From Chrysomallon squamiferum (taxonomy: Eukaryota > Animalia > Mollusca), in contig CM022672.1 of NCBI GenBank assembly GCA_012295275.1, positions 62,001-126,000 of the forward strand: a stretch of DNA of 64,000 bases. Reading direction: 5' to 3'. The notes under the pieces are model-generated. The model saw only the letters and a list, made by a program, of their open reading frames with translations, ran no database searches and was not told where the DNA came from. Below, piece after piece: positions 14,901-27,572 of this stretch (within the stretch, counting starts at the first letter, position 1; each line of letters opens with the position of its first letter). The translations under genes were made by a program, and so were the position numbers.

Positions 14901-17280
14901 ATTTCAACGTGTGCAAAAGGTGCGCGCCGTCGGGGCGAGTGTGGCAAAAGCGTTTCCAACATTTGCCAATGGTGCTGCACCTTTTGAAAATGCGTTTGAA
15001 AAAAAAACGAGCAAATTTTCAAAAATATGTGCGTTTTTTGTGCACGTGTCGGAAACGAGTTGTTCCCCTTGGGTGGGGCGTGCGGCACTTTTCACCCGTG
15101 TAGGGCAACCCTTGCCCCACTTTTGGGTATGTGCGCCCGATTTTTCCCACGTGCACAGAAAAAGTTATTGCACTTTGAAAAAGGTACCCCTAGCATTTTC
15201 AACGAAACTTGAAAAAATTCGATTTTCAAAAGTTGAAAATCCGTGTGGCACTATTCCGTGCGGTCGGGAAAAATATTTCAACGTGTGCAAAAGGTGCGCG
15301 CCGTCGGGGCGAGTGTGGCAAAAGCGTTTCCAACATTTGCCAATGGTGCTGCACCTTTTGAAAATGCGTTTGAAAAAAAAAACGAGCAAATTTTCAAAAA
15401 TATGTGTTTTTTTGTGCACGTGTCGGAAACGAGTTGTTCCCCTTGGGTGGGGCGTGCGGCACTTTTCACCCGTGTAGGGCAACCCTTGCCCCACTTTTGG
15501 GTATGTGCGCCCGATTTTCCCACGTGCACAGAAAAAGTTATTGCACTTTTGAAAAAAGGTACCCCTAGCATTTTCAACGAAACTTGAAAAAATTCGATTT
15601 TCAAAAGTTGAAAATCCGTGTGGCACTATTCCGTGCGGTCGGGAAAAATATTTCAACGTGTGCAAAAGGTGCGCGCCGTCGGGGCGAGTGTGGCAAAAGC
15701 GTTTCCAACATTTGCCAATGGTGCTGCACCTTTTGAAAATGCGTTTGAAAAAAAAACGAGCAAATTTTCAAAAATATGTGCGTTTTTTGTGCACGTGTCG
15801 GAAACGAGTTGTTCCCCTTGGGTGGGGCGTGCGGCACTTTTCACCCGTGTAGGGCAACCCTTGCCCCACTTTTGGGTATGTGCGCCCGATTTTTCCCGTG
15901 CACAGAAAAAGTTATTGCACTTTGAAAAAGGTACCCCTAGCATTTTCAACGAAACTTGAAAAAATTCGATTTTCAAAAGTTGAAAATCCGTGTGGCACTA
16001 TTCCGTGCGGTCGGGAAAAATATTTCAACGTGTGCAAAAGGTGCGCGCCGTCGGGGCGAGTGTGGCAAAAGCGTTTCCAACATTTGCCAATGGTGCTGCA
16101 CCTTTGAAAATGCGTTTGAAAAAAAAAACGAGCAAATTTTCAAAAATATGTGCGTTTTTTGTGCACGTGTCGGAAACGAGTTGTTCCCCTTGGGTGGGGC
16201 GTGCGGCACTTTTCACCCGTGTAGGGCAACCCTTGCCCCACTTTTGGGTATGTGCGCCCGATTTTTCCCACGTGCACAGAAAAAGTTATTGCACTTTGAA
16301 AAAGGAACCCCTAGCATTTTCAACGAAACTTGAAAAATTCGATTTTCAAAAGTTGAAAATCCGTGTGGCACTATTCCGTGCGGTCGGGAAAAATATTTCA
16401 ACGTGTGCAAAAGGTGCGCGCCGTCGGGGCGAGTGTGGCAAAAGCGTTTCCAACATTTGCCAATGGTGCTGCACCTTTTGAAAATGCGTTTGAAAAAAAA
16501 CGAGCAAATTTTCAAAAATATGTGCGTTTTTTGTGCACGTGTCGGAAACGAGTTGTTCCCCTTGGGTGGGGCGTGCGGCACTTTTCACCCGTGTAGGGCA
16601 ACCCTTGCCCCACTTTTGGGTATGTGCGCCCGATTTTTCCCACGTGCACAGAAAAAGTTATTGCACTTTGAAAAAGGTACCCCTAGCATTTTCAACGAAA
16701 CTTGAAAAAATTCGATTTTCAAAAGTTGAAAATCCGTGTGGCACTATTCCGTGCGGTCGGGAAAAATATTTCAACGTGTGCAAAAGGTGCGCGCCGTCGG
16801 GGCGAGTGTGGCAAAAGCGTTTCCAACATTTGCCAATGGTGCTGCACCTTTTGAAAATGCGTTTGAAAAAAAACGAGCAAATTTTCAAAAATATGTGCGT
16901 TTTTTGTGCACGTGTCGGAAACGAGTTGTTCCCCTTGGGTGGGGGTGGGGCGTGCGGCACGCCCGATTTTTCACCCGTGTGAAAAGGGGCAACCCTTGCC
17001 CCACTATTCCGTGCGGTCGGGAAAAATATTTTTTGGTATGTGGCAAAAGCGCCCGATTTTTCCCACGCCCCACTTTTGGGTATGTGCGCCCGATTTTTCC
17101 CACGTGCACAGAAAAAGTTATTGCACTTTGAAAAGGTACCCCTAGCATTTTCAACGAAATTTGAAAAATTCGATTTTCAAAAGTTGAAAATCCGTGTGGC
17201 ACTATTCCGTGCGGTCGGGAAAAATATTTCAACGTGTGCAAAAGGTGCGCGCCGTCGGGGCGAGTGTGGGAAAAACGTTT
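11943..17280 (-). repeat. Same ~374-bp satellite, inverted, homogeneous variant B (~14 copies)
   Basis: Reverse complement of the left monomer with fixed differences, read in monomer orientation: CTTTTTCAAAG vs CTTATTCAAAG, CCATTGGCAAATG vs CCTTTGGAAAATG, CGACCGCACGG vs CGACAGGACGG, GCCCCACC vs GCCGCACC. Confidence 0.97.
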
Positions 17281-18853
17281 TTAAATAATTGAATTTTGTT
17301 TATTTTAGAGTTGTGTATCCATTCATTACCAGAGATTTTTTTTGTGTAAGAGTGTGTATGTGTGTGTCAGTTTGTGTGTGTCTCTGTGTATATATATACT
17401 AAGCAAAGAAAAAATCATATCGATTAGACTTATCTCAGTTTAGTGATATGTGTTCAGACTCATAGATTAGAGTTAGGTCCCTTACTTGAGATATACTCAC
17501 TAAGCAAGGAAAAAAATTACTTTGATTAGACTTATCTCCGTTCAATGATATGTCTTCACAATCATAGATCAGTGTTATATCCCTAACGTGAGATGTAGTC
17601 ACTAAGCTTCCGTACGTTAATTATCCGACAAATGGAACCTGCGAAAACGCCGAGTTTCGATCGTTTTAATGACTCAACGTGATTCTTTATTTGTTTACTT
17701 ATTTAGTTATGCTGTCCTGTCTACTTTGCTTATTGGTGTTATAATTTAAAAAAATCAGTAAATTAAATAATTTATTGTGTCATTTGATAGAATCGTTTCT
17801 TTAATATCAGAATTTATTTTTTATTTTTGTATTTTATTAATATTCTCAAGTTTATTTGTTTTCAAATTCTCTGGCAATTTTTAATTAATTGAATTTTATT
17901 TATTTTAGAATTGTATATGCATTAAGTACTTTAGGTTTTTGTCTGTGTAGGATTCTGTGTGTGTGTGTGTGTGTGTGTGTTTGTGTGTGTATGTGTTACT
18001 GTGTGTATACTAAGCAAAGAAAAAATCAGATCAATTAGACTTATCTCCTTTTAGTGATATGTGCTCACAAACAGATTATAGTTAGGTCCCTTACGTGAGA
18101 TGTACTCACTAAGCAAAGTAAAAATTATATCGATTAGACTATCTCCCTTCAATGATATGTATTCACAAACATAGACTAGAGTTACGTCCCTTACGTGAGA
18201 TGTAGTCACTAAGCAAAGAAAAAATTATACCGGTTAGACTTATCTCCCTTTAGTGAGATGTGTTCACAAACATAGATTAGAGTTATATCCCTTACGTACG
18301 ATGTAGTCACTAAGCTTACGTACGCTAATTATCCTACAAATGGAACCTCCGAAAACGCCGAGTTTCGATCGTTTTAATGATTCAACGGGGTTCTTTATTT
18401 GTTTACTTATTTAGTTATTCTTTCCTGTCTATTTTGCTTATTGTTTTTATAGTAAAAAAATTCAGTAAATAAAATAATTTATTGTGTCGTTTGATAGAAT
18501 CGGTTTTATAATATGAGAATGTATTATTTCTTTTTGTATTTTATTAATATTCTCAAGTTTATTTGTTTTCAAATTCTCTGGCAATTTTTATTTAATTAAA
18601 TTTTTGTTTCTTTTAGAATTGTATATGCATTAAGTACCAGAGGTTTTTCTGTGTGTAAGATTGTGTAAGTGTGTGTCTGTGTGTGTGTGCTAAGCAAAGA
18701 AAAATCAGATCGATTAGACTTATCTCCTTTTAGTGATATGTGCTCACAAACAGATTAGAGTTAGGTCCCTTACGTGAGATGTACTCACTAAGCAAAGTAA
18801 AAACTATATCGATTAGCCTTATGTCCCTTCAGTGATTTATGTCCACAAACATA
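17281..18853 (+). repeat. Composite tandem repeat: ~600-700-bp units containing (TG)n plus 2-3 copies of a ~100-bp subrepeat (~2.4 units)
   Basis: CTCTGGCAATTTTTA recurs at ~17869 and ~18576. ACTAAGC-initiated subrepeats at ~17398/17499/17601 and ~18009/18108/18208/18309. A shared GAAAACGCCGAGTTTCGATCG block follows the subrepeats. Confidence 0.9.
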
Positions 18854-19018
18854 TTTCGTGTTTTTTCATCTTGGACTGAATGTTTTTTGATTTGATAATA
18901 TTATTTTGAAAATATTTTTTTTAAATTCATAAGCATTGCTATAATCTGGTTAATGTGAGATGGTGTCTGTGGATTACCTTTATTCATATAATGTATTATT
19001 TTATATAACTTATATTAG

Positions 19019-19055
<37 letters not shown>

Positions 19056-19954
19056 ATAAATAATGGAAATGAAATTGTGTTTATATGTATGGTTGTATCG
19101 TTTAATACATGCACTTAAAAAACTATTGTTGACAAAAACACTTTCATAGTTCTTTTGTGAAGCTTCAAAATCTGTATTATTTGAATGCACTGGAATGTTT
19201 TCATTATAAGGCAATAGCTACAATTTGAGGTTTGCCCCAAAAATGATAGGCACACTTCTCATTCAAAAATTAAACCAGTGAGAGGTAAGTGATACATCTT
19301 CTTTTCAACAGTGTTTGGTAACAACAAATTGAGAAATAACATTTATAACAGTAATCTACATTTCACTATTGTTACTTATTTTATTATTATTAATTTTTTT
19401 TTTTTTTTTTTGCTGTGCAGTTTTATTTTTTCTATATAAATAAAATGCAATCTTATGCGTTAAATATGAACACAGTAAAACTCCAAGAAATAAGAAGCTT
19501 TTGAGGTGAAAATTAAATGAAATTCAAAGGTGAAATAAAATAACCCAGATGAAAAAAACAAAAACAAAAACAGAAGAAAGGCAATGTGATAATATTATGG
19601 CTGATAATTTAGAGATATATAGAAATATGCATTAATAATAAAAGAGTAAATGGAATGTAACAGTATGAATTTATCAACATGCAATGTAAAAAGAAATGTT
19701 TATATAATAATAAATACATGAGTTTATCACACACGCACACACACACATATACACACACACAGACACACAGAGAAAATGTATTTAGAGTGTGTTGAGAAAA
19801 GCTTTAAGAGACTAGAATATATATGATACTATAAGTGAAATTACAAATTAATAAATAAACAACACACACACATTTATGTAGAGCAGTATAATCAAAAAGC
19901 TAAATGAAATAACAGGAAAATATATCTAACAGATGTTAGTTTGGCAATTTTATT

Positions 19955-20570
19955 ATTTACGGTCTAAGGGGAATAACTCTATTTTAGGCCAAACCGCCTG
20001 ATAGGAATATTGAATGCACGCACAAAACAATTAAAAAATAATAATAAAGCAATCAAACAGATAACTAAATAAATAAATAAATAAATAAATAACCTAGCAT
20101 ATTTAAAAAAAAAAACAATACAAAACAATAAAAGAAGGGTAAAAATTATAGGAAATGAAAACAAGGAAAAGAATGTACCTTTACGGTCTAAAGGGAATAA
20201 CCCAACTGAAAGCATAATTTGGGACTAATTTATAGAATTGTCAGAGGTTGTTATTCAGTTTTTGTTTTGATTTTAAAAACTGAACATAATTGTATTTAAC
20301 CCTTTATTTTGTAATTTATTTATTTTGCATAACTTCTTTTATTTTATTTTTTTATTTTCTTTAAACCTACATAATTTAAAATAATCTTATTTATTTTTGA
20401 TGGCTTAACTTTGTTTGATATTTAGATTTTAAATATTTATAACTATATATAATCTAAATAATTCAGCTGGAACTGTTTAAAACAACATAAACAACAACAA
20501 AAAACATTTGGGTCGTAACTCATGTAATGACACCTTATTTGGAAACACTGTTACAGTTATCTCCCTTATA

Positions 20571-20632
<62 letters not shown>

Positions 20633-20967
20633 GACAACAGCAGTATTTGCTGCATAGTAATAGTTGTCACAAAAGTTGCAATATTGTTGGCAGAAATAGT
20701 AGAAGATGGTGTCTGTAATTGTATTTTTCGTTTCCAGTATTTCCGTAATGTAATATTATTTACTTTTTATAAGAAGAAAAGAAAATACAGAAATCGTTTA
20801 TTTAATCATTATATATAAACAGATAGATATGCATGTAAATAAACAATTAAAAAAGACAAAAGAGAAAGATTGATAACTTTACCCATTTTACTGCAGGCAT
20901 TAGCAAAACGCTTCTTCTACTTATCTCAGTTTCCTTTAAATAGAGTTATCCCCCTTAGACCGTAAAT
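19955..20967. mobile_element. Putative non-autonomous DNA transposon with ~30-bp terminal inverted repeats
   Basis: ATTTACGGTCTAAGGGGAATAACTCTATTT at 19955 and its near-perfect reverse complement AAATAGAGTTATCCCCCTTAGACCGTAAAT ending at 20967. An extra direct copy lies at ~20180. No coding capacity. Confidence 0.5.
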
Positions 20968-21720
20968 TTAACATTTACAGCAGATAAAATTATCACACTT
21001 ACTGTTGTTATTATTATTATTATTATCAGTGGACTTCTTCATTTTTTCACCAGTTCTGTTGTTCATGTATTATTTTCATTTACACATTTTATTTATTCAG
21101 CCAGTTAGATTCCGCAATAAAACAAAATAAAATATAAAGATATTGTTCCATAACAGATTGAAACGTACATTTATTTCGTTACAGAGACTTTGAGGAAACT
21201 AACTGGTAATGAAACATTTCAGGGAGCCTTGTTAAATCAGGTTAAAGTTTGTCACTTCAAACACAGCAGCATATCGAAAAGAACGGAATTAATGTTCGAT
21301 CAGTTTCAAAGAAAAGAGATAAAGCAAATTATTGCTAAAAGTCTTTAGCTTTTACAGCCGCTCTAACTTTATAAAATAACCGTGTGTTAGTAACGACTTC
21401 TTTCTCCAGTTCAGCGTTGACGTGGGACACTGGGGGAGAGCACGAGCATTGTAACTGAAAGCAGACCTGTCACTCCATTCTCCTCATATCGACTTTTCCC
21501 TGTCTAATGTGTTTTAAACTGGCAGTTGCAACAACCAAATAAAATTCAGTGTTTAGTAATTATTTCTGGCGACTTTAGTGCATCTCCCGAAATAGAAAAA
21601 AGTGAAGAAATCGTTTCCACTTTTGCTGTTTTCAGAAACCAAGGGAAAAAAAAGAAGAAGAAGAAGAAAAAAATTACCAAACACACACACATACACACAC
21701 ACATACACACACACAAACAC

Positions 21721-23869
21721 ATGACTGACTGTGAAAGCAGACAAGACGACGTGAACAACAGTTCTCCTAACATTGTCATACAGAACCCTGGTGAAGACGT
21801 GAAACCAGAGGTTCCAGATAAAGAGTTGAAGCGACTGGTAAAACGATTATACGGCCTCAACGTGACCAAGTTTTCGCCTCTCAACAGCTACGACGACGTT
21901 AACTTCTACATCCAGGTTGACGAGAACAACTATTCGAACCCGTATCTGAGAAGTGTTGACAAGAGTTATTTTCTCAAAGTGTTTAACAGCATGGATTCAC
22001 AACGACCAGATTTGACAAGTTGGTGTCGTGATGGGGAAAAACTAACCAGAGAAAACAAGTTGGTTTTTAACGCGAATAACATCACCAATGATTTCATTTG
22101 ATTTGTATAAAAATTTCTGGCATATCAGAGAGTGTTTTCTTTGTGTGTGAATGTGTGTATGTGTGTTCGCACCAAAGTCTATAATTCATACCCTTTACTT
22201 TCGATTGTTTAACATAGAGTTTTCCAGTTAATGATTAATTTTGTTTTAATATTTTTTATTTTTTTTTTCAATTTATAGGTTCAGCATACTTATATGGAAC
22301 ACATGAATAAAAATGGTATACGAGTCCAGTGCCCAACACAGAACGTTCAAGATGAATTTTGGCTAGTTGAAAATATACCCCAGACGATACAGGTTCTTTT
22401 ACATTTAATAACTTTATATACGTAGCTAAAGCATGGATACGCAAAATGTAATCTTTGAAAAATGTTTGTTAAAAACACTTTTATTCAAAACTTTTCTCAC
22501 TGTTATTATGGTAATACCGTGTCAACTGAGAAACGTATTTTGACAAATGGTATATCGTAACTTTTATCAGTAACCTGAGGTTCAGAATTAAAGCATAAGA
22601 GTTTTTAATATCCAGTCAAAACTTCTGTGATGCTTGTTTCAACTTTTAATTTATCTGTTAACTTGCTGACTGACTCAAATTAAACAAAGATTTGAAACAA
22701 AATAATTAAATATACTTAGTGATTATTTATATTTTAATGTTTGTACATAGTTTTCAAATTTTTTATTTTTTTTTTTTTTTTTTTCACATGCATCTGCAAA
22801 CATTGGGAATGAATAAAATGGATAAATTTCTTTCATGACAAAATTTTCAGGTGAATCTTTCAGTAGTCACTGGGTTGAAATTCGTACTTTCGTTCCTGGT
22901 ATTGTCATAGCTAAGGTGCCATACACACCAGATCTGCTGATGAAGACGGGGGCTTTCATAGGTCGCTTGCGATTGGCTAGTCAGGTAAGCGATAACCAAT
23001 CGTAACAGCTATTTTATTTTTAAAACGTACTTGACACATATGATAGAGATGTCGTACCAAAATACAGCCAGCTACCTATGGGCAAGTGAGAATTTCAATA
23101 TCATCCCCAACCGGAAAAAGACAATCCCCCCACCCCCACCCCAAAAAAAACAAACAGCAAAAGCAAACGAATTATATATATATATATAAAATAAAATAAA
23201 AATACGTGCACTCAAATATTAATCTAATATAATTTAAATGGACAACTTAAGCTAAGCGAATACTGATAAGTCTGAATTATGTTAACTTCTTATTAATTAT
23301 CTACATTATTTCGCAGAAACATATATTGCTTTTCGGATACTTGCACTAGTTCTAGTGCTTCAGTATATTAATATCTCAAAGAACATCAATTAAAGTTAAA
23401 ATAAAGGTATTTTAACTAATGGTAATGAGCAGTTATTCTTATTATTTCAAAAGGCTGTGTTCATGGTGATACGAATGAGCAGAACATTTTAGCAGATAAA
23501 TGAAGATACCTCTTAAGTCGACAATCAGTATTCCATCAACGGCATCCTCGACTACACCGATGTCAGCGAGAGTTACCTCATTATCGACCTGGCTATCTGC
23601 ATTGACGCCGATGAAAATCTCCGATTGGACGTTGGAAGTCACTTGCTGCGTGGGTATAAGAACCACGTGACTGTCTCGCGTGCAGAATTGGATGTTCTTC
23701 CGATCATGGTGGCAGCTCGACTGTGCCAGTCTTTGGTGCTTGGACTTCACGCAAATTACGTGAATCCAGAAAACACCTATGTTCTGACCAGGCCTTCTCA
23801 CTACTTCGTACATTTTGGGATGCCAAAGATTCCTTGTTCACAGAATGGGAACGTCTTGTCCTCAGCTAA
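21721..23869 (+). pseudogene. HYKK: Hydroxylysine kinase (HYKK/AGPHD1)-like aminoglycoside-phosphotransferase-fold gene, disrupted
   Basis: Exon-like blocks: 21721-22018 (LYGLNV..PLNSYDDVNFYI..YFLKVFNS), 22279-22392, 22851-22984 (HWVEIRTFVPG..PYTPDLLMKTGAFIGRL) and ~23455-23869 (VHGDTNEQNIL, GILDY, DLAI, AARLCQSLVLG..NPENTYVL). TGA/TAA stops and a frameshift follow NEQNILADK, another frameshift follows YVLT, splice phases are mismatched, and a central exon appears to be missing. Confidence 0.8.
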
Positions 23870-24069
23870 GACTGAATTCTTTCAGCCTTTATGCGTGTAT
23901 GTTCATTTCATTTCGGTTTGTATTTGATAGTTGTACCCTATACTTTCTTATGACAACATACAGCATATATACTCAAACATCACACATCTGTTCACATATT
24001 AATTGCAATAGGCCAAAAGCATAATATTTAACTCACTTACATCAACGTTTATTAAGGTCATTATAAATT

Positions 24070-24161
24070 TTAAACTTTTCTGGCAATTTTTAATTAATTG
24101 TATTTGGTTTCTTTTAGAATTGCATATGCATTCAGTACCAGACTTTTTTCTGTCTGTCTCT

Positions 24162-24214
<53 letters not shown>

Positions 24215-24740
24215 AAAGTAAAAATAATATGGATTAGTCTTATCTCCCTTTAGTGATATGTGCTCACAAACATAGATTAGACTTAGGTCCCTTACGTGAG
24301 ATGTAATCACTAAGCAAAGTAAAAATTATATCGAATAGACTTATCTCCCTTTAGTGACATCTGTTCACAAAAATAGATTAAAGTTAAGTCCCTTACGAGA
24401 GATTACTCACTAAGCTTACGTACACTAATTATCCGAAAACGCCGAGTTTCGATCGTTTTAATGACTCAGCGTGTTTCTTTATATGTCTACTTATTTAGTT
24501 ATTCTTTCCTGTCTGCTCTCCTTATTCTTGTTATAATAAAAAAAATCAGTAAATAAAATAATTTATTGTGTCATTTCATAGAATCGTTTTTTTAATATCA
24601 GAATTTATTATTTCTTTTTGTATTTTATTAATATTCTGAAATTTATTTGTGTTTAAATTTTCTGGCAATTTTTAATTAATTTAATATTGTTTCATTTAGA
24701 ATTGTATATGCATTCAGCACCAGAGATTTTTCTCTGTGTA
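24070..24740 (+). repeat. Second copy of the composite (TG)n/100-bp-subrepeat element
   Basis: Same motifs and orientation as 17281-18853 (TCTGGCAATTTTTAATT, (TG)n, GATTAG.CTTATCTCCC, GAAAACGCCGAGTTTCGATCG). Confidence 0.88.
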
Positions 24741-25454
24741 AGTGCCACGCGGCTTTTCGATTTTTGAAAACCTAATATTTAGAAGACGGGATAAAAATGC
24801 GAGGAGTACCTTTTTCAAAGTGGAATAACTTTTTCTCCGCACGAGGCAAAAATGGGGCGCACCTACCCAAAAGTGGAGGCAAAGGCTGCCCCACACGGGT
24901 GAAAAGTGCCGCACGCCCCACCCAAGGGGAACAACTCGTTTCCGACACCTGCAAATATTTTGAAAATTTTCTCGTGGTTTTTTTCACACGCATTTTCAAA
25001 ATGTGCCGCACTTTTAGTAAATGTTGGAAACGTTTTTGCCACACTCGCCCCGACGGCGCGAACCTTTTGCACACGTTGAAATATTTTTCCCGACCCACGG
25101 GTTTTCAATTTTTGAAAACCATATATTTTCAAGACGCGATTGAAATGCGAGGGTTACCTTATTCAAAGTGGAATAACTTTTTCTCCACACCTGGCAAAAA
25201 CGGGGCGCACCTAGCCAAAAGTGGGGCAATGGTTGCCCGACACGGTTGAAAAGTGCCGCACGCCGCACCCAAGGGAAACAGCTCGTTTCCGCTACGTGCA
25301 AAAAAAACGCTCATATTTTGAAAATTTGCTCGTTTTTTTTTGTTTTTTCACACGCATTTAAATAATGTGCCGCACCTTTTGTGAATGTTGGAAACGCTTT
25401 TTCCACACTCGCCCCTACGGCGCGCTCCTTTTGCACACATTGGAATATTTTTCC
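24741..25454 (+). repeat. Two diverged monomers of the 374-bp satellite
   Basis: AGTGCCAC.., GGGGAACAACTCGTTTCCGACAC and CCACACTCGCCCCGACGGCGCG landmarks with many substitutions. Confidence 0.92.
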
Positions 25455-25458
25455 AGAT

Positions 25459-25811
25459 CCTAACTAACCCTAACCCTAGTCTTAACCATAACCATAAAAA
25501 CCGTGCTAACCCTAAGCGTAACTCTGACCCTAACCCTTTAACCGTATCCCTAACTCTATTACTAATCCCAACCCTAACCCTAACCTGACCCTAATACTAA
25601 CCCTAACCCTAATCCCTAACCCTATCCATTCTAACCCTAACCCAAACCCTATCCATACTAATCCTAACCATACTAACGCTAACCCCTATCCCTAACCCTA
25701 ACCCTAAATACTTTAAATAAACCTAATCCTAATACTAACCCTAATCCAAAATTCTAACCCGTAACCCTAATAAGTTTAAATAAACCTAACCTTAATACTA
25801 ACCCTAACCCT
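25459..25811 (+). repeat. Degenerate interstitial telomeric repeat (CCCTAA)n / (TTAGGG)n
   Basis: ~350 bp of CCCTAA with variants (CCTAAT, ACTAAC, CCCTAT). Confidence 0.9.
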
Positions 25812-27572
25812 CACCATTATCACCTCAATTTTTTGTAAATAAGAGAAGTGTATGTATAAGTGACAAATGTTGAATAAAAAAATAAATAAAAGATAATGTA
25901 AGGAAATAAATTGGTTTTGTAAAGAGTTCAGGGTTTCTCAAGTTTTTCATGGAAAGAAGTCTGCAGCTTAGAAATTATTTTAACGCCTTTGGCTCGAGTT
26001 ATAACCAGTATCGTCTCCTACTTCAGTATGGTACATATCGTAAAAGTACTACGTTTTCTATGATTCCATACTTTAATTCAATGGACATCATGCACTTCTT
26101 CTTCTAAGCACTGTCCTTTGCATTCACATTCTTAGGATCTATGGAAATTTGGCAACCTACTGCACAAAACACGAACATAACACAACAGAGATGCTTCCAC
26201 GCGGGATGCTGGACAGATGTCGTGTTGTAAGCAATACAGGCTTAACTTACAAAAAGCCCTTGAAAGAAAACTACTTGAATGAACAGACACTAATGTTGTC
26301 CCTTAAATTAGAGCATCATTGTGTTTCTTAACTTCATCTCATTTATGTAGGTTCACAGATTTTTAATTTACTGCTAATTTTTAATCATTTTTGAACAAAT
26401 AAAATACGGATTTAAAAACAAACTGCAAAAACATACAAATATTCCAACATGTTTAAAAAGCTGCAGTTTGCTAAACATTTATACAAAACATCAGGATGTT
26501 AGTGCAACAAATACAGACAATTCCAATTAGAAAATATTTGGAACAAAGTTCTTTTTATCTTTTTCCAGGACATGTCAACAGCGGCATGATGTGTGAAACC
26601 TTGAGACACACGATCACTCATTCAGGGAGTGTCAACTGTCTGTGCATACAGAAAGGATAGACTTTACCCGCCAGAGATAAGTAATTTTAACTTTTATTAT
26701 TTTGTGCATATTTTCTTGTTTGTATTTTCTTACTAGTTTTGGTAGTTTTAATCTGTCTGTTCTCTACAGTTTTACAGAAGTATCACCTTATTCATTTAAA
26801 TCATTTCTGGTTGCTTTCAGAACAGAACTGTACATCCCATATATATCTGACAAATTTAGAGTAATGAAATATCCATTCTTTAACACCAAAATTTTGCTTC
26901 TAATTTAATGCATAAACAATGTCTGGTTTCAAATCCATAATTATAGAAACTGTATATGATAAAATAAACACAAAAAGATTTGTTATTTTCATCCATTCTA
27001 TAAATCTTTATTACACATCATCATACTGAGTGAAATGTCTTAGTCTTGTTTAAAAATTAAAGTGTCAGTCCTGTTTTCACTAATCCATGAACTAGTCTGC
27101 AGTATGTCATTAAACAAAATAACAATTTAGTAAACATTTTAATTTATAAAGTAGAAATCTGAGTAAAATTGAACATTTCTGCATGTTACGAATGTCTGCT
27201 TTACATATGTACATTTCATAATTCTGTAATTAGCTGTTTAGAAAATCTAAAACAAAAACTGGATTGACAACTTGTACACAATAACAATTATTTTACAAAT
27301 CACATACAGTCTGGTATTCTGGCACTCAGATTCATATTTTCTGTATTTAAAATTTATAATAGAGGGATATTTCTGTGACTTTTAATACAGAAGATGATGT
27401 GGATATGCAAAAATGTGAGTTTTAAAACAATTGTCACCAATTTATTCCAAGCATTCCAACACTATATTTCTTTTAAATTAATTTTAAAATGTTAGCAACA
27501 TTATAGTTATGTCATTAAGGTTACAAAATTATGTTCAGCTACAACAATCCACACAAAGTCAGATATCTTTAG

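Noticed and set aside
16940-17080. Scrambled satellite monomer near the array end (similar at ~3400-3700)
   Set aside because: Looks like a consensus or misalignment artefact of collapsed reads rather than a biological rearrangement.
1-17280. CRISPR-like or rDNA/snRNA tandem array
   Set aside because: No unique spacers, and I recognise no 5S/tRNA/snRNA sequence in the monomer; context is eukaryotic.
1-17288. Large number of overlapping 60-311 aa ORFs
   Set aside because: They are translations of the 374-bp satellite in all frames, broken by random homopolymer indels, with no domain signal.
20527-20718. Poly-Tyr ORF (also 58507-58695) and IY-repeat ORF (31555-31749)
   Set aside because: Translations of (TAT)n and (TA)n microsatellites.
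21526-21720. N-terminal extension of the HYKK ORF (poly-K, HT repeats)
   Set aside because: Derived from poly-A and (CA)n microsatellite; homology begins after the ATG at 21721.
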